Shown: positions 54,651-64,000 of the stretch, in pieces
Position numbering within the stretch: the first letter of the stretch is position 1
Layout of the letters: every line of letters starts with the position of its first letter
Assembly (NCBI RefSeq): GCF_009914755.1
Contig: NC_060926.1
Source of the DNA: the human T2T-CHM13v2.0 reference genome, Homo sapiens
Direction: 5' to 3' (one strand)
DNA length: 64,000 nt
The notes under the pieces: model-generated
The model's database searches: none
What the model was told of the DNA's origin: nothing
Seen by the model: only the letters and a program-made list of their open reading frames with translations
Made by a program: the position numbers and the translations under genes

Positions 54651-57600
54651 ATGACATATTTGTATTGAATGAATGATGATATTAAAAATACACATATGCA
54701 TAAACATATTCACACAAACTATATATGATATATGCTATATAGCATAATTTTATTATCTATGTGCATTTTTCTTTACTTACAAATGTTTAATTTGGTCATA
54801 CTTGATTTAGTATATCTAATAGTCGTTATAGGTCAGTCGGTCATATGTTTCTTTTTATTTATAATTTAAAATATATTTTACCTTATATAATTACACTTTT
54901 AAAAATGATATGTTTAAAAACTAATAAATTTGAAAATTTATACAATTCATTCACGCTTTTCCATAAAACAACACTTCTGGCATTAATGAGTCACTGCTTT
55001 CCATAAAGTATACATAACAATTATATGTATTTATTACACATTCTATATTATATTATATATACATTAATTATGATATATAATTGTATCATGACTATGTATA
55101 ACTTCATGGTATTATGTATATAACATCGTGGTATTATTTTCAAGCCTTTTGTTAATATCAGACTGTTTTACATAGCAATTAGGAAGCTAGAAATGGGTTC
55201 AAATCATTCCGTTGGTAATAATTTGAACTTACTTTTCTTTCATGGCATGAAAGTTTTTGTGTGCTACTTTTTACTATTCCTAAACCAAGAAACGTGAAGA
55301 TCATGTGAATGTATTTGCTGTTCAATTGGAGGTCAGACGTTCAACTCAAGAAAGGCTTGGCGCAAGATAAATCACTCTGCTGTGAAATGAGTCCATAAAC
55401 ACAATGCACTTGCCAGCCCTCAAACAAAGTAGATTTACAAGTTTTTAAAAATCTCAGTGAGAAGTACTGTTGTTTCCTTGAGTGTAAGTTACTCTTATTC
55501 ATGAATATGTTTAAATTTTAGAAAACTGGACCACAAAAGTCTATCCTAACTATAGTAGTCTGTGATTAAAATGGCAAAAGCAAAGGGTGTATGATTTTTA
55601 AGCTCATTTTAGTGCTATTTTCTAGTGTTTTAAATTTTTTTGGTTTGTTCTTAAATAGGTTTTAATTGGAAGTGTTCTTTTGAGAAATGGAACTAAAACT
55701 TTGAGTGGGGCAGTATACTTTTAAAGTCAGAGTCTATCCTTGGGTTCATAAGTTCATTCAATTTGGAAATTAAAAGTAGAGGAAACTGACAAGGGAGTTG
55801 GGGCGTGCTGTAGAATTACTCTCAAAGCTAAACATGGAGTTAAAACTGTGTCAAAACCATAATTAGTATTTGCCCTTGAATTGTCCTTGTTAATAGAAGT
55901 GGAACAGTGGAAAATACTGCATAGAGGCATTGTCTGGAAACTGCATTTCATAGCCAATAAATTCAAACCACCTTAGTGGAATATAATTATGAGGAGGAGC
56001 TATAGTCTCTGTGGCTGAAGAAAAAACAACAACAAGAACAACAACAACAAAAAACGCAGAGCATGTCTTGCTCTACATTCTAACTTGCATCATGGAATCC
56101 GCCGGATCTATGCCATTTTGGATTTCATTGCCACCGGTTGAAATTGGTAGATTTCTTTTTCTTAAGTCGGCTAGAAGACCTAATTTTAGTAAGCCTAAAG
56201 GGCACTGAGCAATACAACTACTTTGGTGGATCGTTTCCAGTTTGAGGATTCCTAGTGCACAATCAGTGAATGTTGTATGGAACGCATGGTGAAGAAATAC
56301 GGTTTAGTGAATCTGGAAACTTAAAAAAATTGGCCTTGGCATCGTGAGGAATTCCCATTTGGCCTTCAGCATTTTTGTCTATGTTGGCTTTTCTGTCCCA
56401 AGACTTTCTATAATCCAATTTATCACTTGCTTTTTGGGTTAAAGGGAAATAAAATTTCCACACTTCTTCAATACATGTGCTGGAGAGGACAAGGGGAGGG
56501 AATTTATTTTGTGTGTGTGTTGTAAAATCAGAAGCAATTGTTGAAAGGTGATGAACAGTTTGAAAGGTATGTTGTTCTCTTGTACTACATCCAGTGGTTA
56601 CTATGAAGTTTTTCTCATCACTCTTTTGTATCCTTTCTTAAATTCTGCTGTGTGGCAGAGTATCTTATTTATCTCCATATTAACATGCCTTTTGCAAGGT
56701 TTAGTTATATTATTGCAACTGTTCTCAAAAGATACAAGCTTCCTCCTAAAACACGTCACAATCAGGTTTTGCTAGACAGCTACTAACAGCCTTAAATTAA
56801 ACAGGATCTCAGGATGTCTTGTCAGTTTGGGTTTTCAGCTGCAGACAGTTGACAAGGGATAAAGAGGACAGAACTAATGCCACATGCCATCTCCCTCCAA
56901 AGAGAGAATCCTTGACCCCTGAGTTTACCATTCTCATTTTTGAGATTCCATTTTCACTTCTACCACATACAAATTGCTTTCCTTGTTTTTAACACAGTGA
57001 AGTAATTTGAAAAAAAAATCTGATAATGTATCTCATATCTCTATGTCTTTTAATAGGAAGAGGGCACATATTAATTCAACGTATTCATTTGCAAGAACAC
57101 AAAATCCTGGACTTTTTTTTTTAACTTACTGATCATTATATATCTGAGAAATTTGGTGTAACACCAAGTCTTTTGTCATCAGTAGCTCCCATTTTTTAAA
57201 GACTTCTATCTCTATATTCAATAAATGTCACAATTATTTGCTATCATTATTTTAATATGTTTACTATTATTTTTATTTTAAAATATGTTCTCATTTTCAT
57301 ATACTTACTATTTTATTTTTAGTTTAAAAATATTTTTTCAGAAACCTAAAATGTCAGTGAATACAGGTAAATATTTATTCATTTTGACTACATAGAAATC
57401 TAAAGCAAATATTGATTGTGATATGTACATCTACATATTAATATAACATTTTTATAAACGTATTGTTTCTGTTTCAAACATGAGTCTTGGTCAATAATTG
57501 ATATAAATAAAAATTCAAGTTTTCCACAAAATTTTGCTTATGTAAAATTAAATAAGGTAACCTTTATATTCAGTCAGTTCTGGCTCCTGGATAAATTGCA

Positions 57601-59104
57601 TGCTTAGAAATTTCACTTTAATAAAATAAAAGTTTTCTCCTCATCTGTAATGTATTCTCCCTTTTACTGTACTGGCATCTACATATTGACTGTTTTCATG
57701 AATTATTTCTTCCCAAGATCCCTACAAAGAAGTAAAACTCATTCATAATAGATTGTATATTAATCCCCAAATTCCATGTAATTCTACAGAAGGAAAAAAC
57801 ATAAACCAAAATCATGGTACTTGCAGTGGAAGAAGCATAAGCATCCTACATTTATACCCTTTTCCCCATAAATACATAGTGTGGCTGGCAGCCTGCACAG
57901 TAATGATTAAATGAGACAATAAAATCTTAGCAATTCTTACCCTGAGTCTGGAAGTGATTACCGTGTCCAAGAGCAAGTCATTTCCTTTTTCTAGGTGTAG
58001 TTTTTTTATTCTACAAAATACTAGGAAGAGATTATCTCCAACAGAAGTCACATCTTCTGGGTCAAATTAGGATCACAAACATGTGTTTGTGTATTAAAAT
58101 GTTTTAAATTTGAATCAGCTGACAATACTTCAAAAATTGGGAGATTTGATATTAATATCTTGTAACACATAATGGGTAAAAGACTGCCCCTGGCAAAAGC
58201 CTGCATCTCTGGTTCTCCAGAAGCCCCACCCTTCCCCCTTGCTACCAGTCACTTAAACCAAGTCTGTGTTGTGGCTTAATGTCTAATTGCCTTTTTATTT
58301 AAAATTCTGACTTTGGCCCCTGGCCTAGAATGACCATTAATGGTATATTTAGCCATGATATCTATGATTCTTTAACCAATAACTGCTTAAGGCTATCCTT
58401 GCCTTGATGTTTCTCCCAGAGCTTGCCTAGTCAAGCTTCATCCTCTTAGTTAATTATGGTCCTCTATAGAATATGTGCTATTCTGTCTTTTAAAGGCTTT
58501 TCCAGGATACATTTGACATATTTAAACATGATAGCTAGGTAAGCTGTTTCAAAGGCATTATCCTCCATAAACATTCTACTCTTGTATAAAAAGTCATTTC
58601 AAAATATACTATTTTACTAGATTTATTCATGATTAAGTCAAGAGTTGCTCCATCGGATTAGTATTTATTTTCAATTGCCTTCCTTATATACATGTTAGAT
58701 AGCGTTGCACTCTGAAACTGGATTTGAAACTTTATTTTTTTCTTTATAAAATATTAGTGCAAAAATCACAAAGGGATTCAAAACACACACACACACACAC
58801 ATACTCATTATTCAATAGATTTTGTATGTTTGAATTCAAGAAATGATGAGTTATAAGTTATATCTGAAATGTCCAGGAGAGTGGGTCTTAATTCAGAAAG
58901 AAAAAAATGGAAGGTAGTTAAAAATGATTTCCATAGTAAATACTCAATAGAATTATTCACTAAGAAGAAGGAAATTATGTTGAAAACTTAAACTTTTGAG
59001 GCTTTTCAAGAGTGTTAACAGGTATCTGTGACATATTTTTTAGTACTTTAATTTGGTGGACATATTCTTATAATCTGAGTTACAAATCAATTTATTAAAA
59101 CTTC

Positions 59105-59530
59105 AATTAGTTTTTGTGAAAATAATGCTGTACAATAAATGATGCAAAATGTCAATTGACTAACCACCGACAAAATTTATCCCTCACTGAAATTCCTGTA
59201 TGTTGTTAATGTGTCCCTGCTTTGGGCTGTAGGTTGGGTTCAGGTATCTATGTGTCTTTTAATCTGGAGCCTATCCTTTGCTGGGGAATAATATTTGTAC
59301 AGGATAGGGCAGGATCGCATAAACAAGTCAAACCACACATGTGCATCTACATCCTGGTTGGATACAGCTTATTATATTAACTCACATTCGATTAGTTGAA
59401 GCAAGTCACAAGGTCAAGCTCAAAGTCAGTGAAGAGGAGCATTATAGAGGCATTGTGGCTAAACCACAATAAGCCATTTCAATGTGGGGAAGGAAGGAAG
59501 AATTGTGAACACATAATACTATCTGTCACA
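59105..59530 (-). mobile_element. Old MLT1-family LTR
   Basis: ATAATGCTGTACAATAAA...; CACATTCGATTAGTTGAAGCAAGTCACAAGGTCAAGC. Confidence 0.55.
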
Positions 59531-60163
59531 TGAAATATGCTTGGTAATTTGCATTATTTTGGATATTTCACATAACAAATTCAAAATATAGCTTGAGAAA
59601 GATAATAGACAAAGATGTCACATATTTTGGAATGATGTTTAAGAAAGATGATGCTGTTTCAGTTCTGTAAGCTCTTAATATTTATCAATATGTCATCTTT
59701 GTTTTAAAATGTAAAGCTTTATCTACATGATGATTGTGAAAAGTGGGTACCAAGTTTTGGGCTATGTAATAGTACATGAAAGGAAATAGTCATAAGAAAA
59801 TCATGAATTTAGAAAAACACCATTGCATTGATAGATTTTATTAGGGGTGTCAAATGTTTCAGCTTATAGGTTAGAGAAATATAAGCCCCTCTTTTCATAC
59901 TGCTATGTGGTATGACTTGCTGTTATTATAAACTTCTGTACATTGCACTTGAGTTTGATGAAGATCCATAAAGATTTAGTCATTGAAACATAACAGCCAT
60001 TGTGCCACATAACCTTGGGTTGAGGTCTCAATTCAGAGCCAACTTCAGACAGCACCATGAATAAAATTTGATCTTGCCAATTTCACATTCCCCATTTCTC
60101 CCATTCAATATGTACACATCGATGTTCCCAATGTCTTTATTTTGTCCTTTGGCTTTGGATTCC

Positions 60164-60205
60164 ATATATATATATATATATATATGCACACATACATATA
60201 TATAT
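60164..60205. repeat. (TA)n microsatellite
   Basis: Direct reading. Confidence 0.9.
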
Positions 60206-60638
60206 GATTCTCCTTTAATTTCACTCAGTATCCTGTCTTACCCATTTTGAACATCTGTTTAATAAACAGTTATTATTAGGCACTCTGAATTTAAATAATC
60301 AGGAGACATGGTTCCCTAGGATGGTGGTATTCAAATGATTTTACAAAAATCCTGGCAGATTATAAGAAATAGATTTTAATTGCAGTCCACTAAATACATA
60401 CATATACATGCATACATGAAGCAAAAATTTCACAAATAATAATAACCTTACTACAGGTATACATTATGATTTATTTTATTTCATTGGGGGTGAGTGTTGG
60501 TAGCCACTCACTAAATGAATGTCAGTCCCTAGTGTTTCTGAATTCAGTGTATAATAGCACTTTAAGATTTTAGGTTTAATGGTGGCCAGGGATAAGGGTC
60601 AGGGAAAGGGGCAGCTACACATATCTCCAGTATTATTA

Positions 60639-60872
<234 letters not shown>

Positions 60873-62429
60873 TTATTTTGGCTAAAATGTAATACTAGAA
60901 GTTATCAAAGATGAAGAAGAAGAGGTAGGACTTGAATTTCATATTAGTGTTTCAAAATATATTAACATGAGGAGGTAATTTAATTATTATTTAGGAATGG
61001 TTATCAGCAAGACATATTTTAGAAGCTCTGTAATAGTTTCGAGGGATTAAGTATAGGAGTTCATTTTGGGAATTACTGTGAGATAAACATGAAACGAAGG
61101 ATTGATTATGTATTATATCTGAACATGAATTCCAGGCCAATTATCTCAACATTTATCTTTCATGCAATGGAGATTTTCTTTGAGTTTCTGATATGGAAGC
61201 TAGAATGATGTAAAAAATATTTAGGAAGGGGAATTCGATATGCACCATGGTCACCTACGTGCTATTGTATTTTTTATGTTTTTCTTAGATTTTTCAATAA
61301 AAATTCTACCATGTGTTTTCTGGGGCTTGTTAGCAATTTAGTAGGAGTTATATTGAATAGTACTTTAACTCAAGTGAAGGATAACTAGGTACACTCTTGA
61401 GACAGGTGTTCATTGGCATATGATGTATTCATTTCACACATTATAGGTTCTAGCCTTAGAATTTTTCATGTTTTAAAAGCATTATTCCAAGCATCCAATG
61501 TATGTTGCGTTTATCCCATATGATTTTGTCCAGAATGGTTACTGTCCACAGAGGTTTTATCTTTGTCTGTGGTATTAAGCTTTTTGAGGACAATGCAAAT
61601 GGCTTCATATTCGAGAATGATAATAATTTGGTCAACTTTTATGTACTGAGAAATTAATTGAAGATTTCAAAAGACTAAATAGCATGAAATATTTATAATT
61701 GCTGTATAGTGAAAAATAATGAGAGATTTTCCTATCCTTATACGGTATTTTGCAGAGGGTATAAGCAAAAGCTCTTGTGATTTTTATTCATTTTGGGGGG
61801 GAGAATTGGATAAATTATGTTATGTGTTTAAGGTACTGGTTTTTGTTTTATTGTAAGCAAACTTATTTACTTTTTATAGTGCTAGTCGTTATCAATGCCA
61901 GAGGACTGCTGAATTGTCCTGTTCCCACCTCCAGTCCTATAGGACTTCACCATCTAAAAACACCTTAGTTCCCATACAGCTTTGCTCTAGAGTCTAGAAA
62001 GATGCTAATGATTATATGCTAGAAGGAATCAAGTAATATTTGGAGGAATTGTTCTTGTGTCTTCTAGATTATCATTTTAGAAGCAAATCATGCTTTCTGT
62101 GAGATGTCCATAAGTGCCTCTATCAGAGACGGATTATAATGCTGTGGTGTTATGGGTCTGATTCTGTGGGGAGAATTTAGCTTACTAATTTTGAACATAT
62201 ATGCAATATGTATCAAATAGTAAGTGCTGCAAAGTATGTCCCTGTGCTTTAAAAGGGAATTACTGAAGAAATTTCTAATTTCACAATAAAAAATATTTTA
62301 GAGTAGCAGGGACTTGTTTTTAGGAAGGAAATCTGCCATATATTAGCAAGCACCATTACATTTTAAAGTGATATTTTTCAGGCATGTAAAGAGTCAAGTT
62401 CTTGAAAATAAGAACACCTTTATTATCAT

Positions 62430-62910
62430 GTAACTGCATTTCAGCACTGCATCGCTCTCTGTATTCCCCTCTCCTCTCCTTGCCTACCTCTCTCACCTTT
62501 ATTTCACTCTCTTCCTTCTAATCTTGTCACTTTGCTTTTCCTGCACTTTCCTTCCTCGAGGCATTTGTTTATGCAGTTTCTGTAGCCCCACATGCTTATT
62601 CTTCTCCTATAGGTAAACACAATTCCAATTTTTCAAAATCCATCTCAAATCACAGAGCCTTCACGATGGCTCCCAAAGCTTCCATCAGATTTAATTTGAT
62701 GTCCCCATATTTGCCATAGATTGTGCTTTTAAAAATTGTAGTTATCCTTCTCTGTCTTATTTAATGGTAATTTATGTGTGTCCACTCATTTCATAATGCT
62801 CTACTGTAGGTTAAGGCCTATGTCTGGCTCACAAACATCTTACTCATTGACACAGAGATTTGCATAGAGCAGACACCAAATAGATAGTTACACTGAATAT
62901 TTTATGAATC
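62430..62910 (+). mobile_element. L2 3' fragment
   Basis: GGCATTTGTTTATGCAGTT..., TCAAAATCCATCTCAAAT, GCATAGAGCAGACACCAAATA. Confidence 0.55.
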
Positions 62911-63034
62911 ATATTAAAATCTATAGGTGGCTTTTAACCATACTTTATTGATGTTGTTTAATTAGAAGTCTCTCTCAAAAACTTCATATGCTTTGATGCT
63001 GGGGAGGATGCCTCACTCATTGTTGTATCCGTAT

Positions 63035-63270
63035 TTGTAACTAACATTTATTGAGTTCCAGTTATGTGACAGACTCCTACTAGCTCTTTGCACTTTATAT
63101 GGCTCATCTCATTGAGTTCTTAGAATAACCCACCAGAATAGGTGGGCAGTAATAGCTGCAGTTTATAGGGGAAAAAAAATTATGAGTCAGAGGCTAATTT
63201 ACTTTCCAAGGTTTGAAGAGGCAGTAAGTGACAAAACCAAGATAAAAACTCAGAAAGCTTCATTACTTTC
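63035..63270 (-). mobile_element. MIR SINE
   Basis: CTAACATTTATTGAGTTCCAGTTATGTGACAGAC... Confidence 0.7.
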
Positions 63271-63759
63271 TGCAAACCTTGAACAATCTAGTGAATGAAC
63301 GAATGTGTCTTCAGAGTTGTGACATAACCAGCAGGAGAAAGAAACCATCATGCGACTTCCTAAAATACGATGCATTATTTCTTTCAACAAATTATTTAAG
63401 TAAGTGTACTATGCTTAGTAGTTATGTGAATCATTATCTTGGATTTTATTAACTGTAGGGCTGTAGACTTTGGAAAGAAAGATCCTAATACTGTGTTCAG
63501 GAATCAATGAGAAACAAAGATATTAGTAGAAAAATGGAGTGGAAGAGAGGCAGTGGGTGTATCGATTATGTACTTTGGTGATTATGATTTCTATGCTATG
63601 GATATTTAAAATTTTATTTTCCTCTTAATCTTCAATTTCCATCTTCTGGTAACTTCTTTAGATATAAGACCAAGACACTTTCTTTACCGTTATATCTGCT
63701 AGATTTTTATCCAGTGTATTTTAAGAAGTCTTTTTTATCCAGTGCCTTTTAAGAAGCTC

Positions 63760-64000
63760 AGTCCGGGTGCAGTGGCTCACGCCTGTAATCCCAGCACTTT
63801 AGGAGGCCGAGGCGGGCGGATCATGAGGTCAGGAGTTCAAGACCAGCTTGGCCAACATAGTGAATACCTGTCTCTACTAAAAATACAAAAATTAGCTGGG
63901 CGTGGTGGCACGCACCTGTAGTCCCACCTACTCAGGAGGCTGAGACGGGAGAATCACTTGAACCCGGGAGGCAGAGTTTGCAGTGAGCGGAGACCACGCC
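63760..64000 (+). mobile_element. Alu (AluSg-like), cut by the window edge
   Basis: CCGGGTGCAGTGGCTCACGCC...GATCATGAGGTCAGGAG. Confidence 0.96.

Overview
AT-rich, CpG-depleted primate (human-like) non-coding DNA, intronic or intergenic. I found no supportable protein-coding gene, RNA gene, CRISPR array or novel biological system. The ORFs I could identify are translations of repeats (L1 ORF2 C-terminus, Tigger1 transposase, Alu, MaLR, microsatellites); the rest look like chance ORFs. Much of the window is interspersed repeat: L1PA/L1PB/L1M fragments, about 11 Alu/FLAM copies, MIR, L2, MER58A and several LTRs. The best-supported structural observations are: (1) a complete THE1C-like element nested in a complete MST element, both with perfect 5-bp TSDs; (2) a MIR>Tigger1>(MLT2A, L1PA) nest; (3) two 5'-inverted (twin-primed) L1s; (4) a 26-bp templated insertion apparently copied from a neighbouring L1PB; (5) an L1 carrying three tandem duplications. 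A few unique, relatively CpG-retaining segments and splice-site pairs are speculative candidates for enhancers or unannotated exons. Subfamily calls come from recalled consensus sequences and need RepeatMasker/Dfam confirmation. Boundaries of old repeats are approximate.
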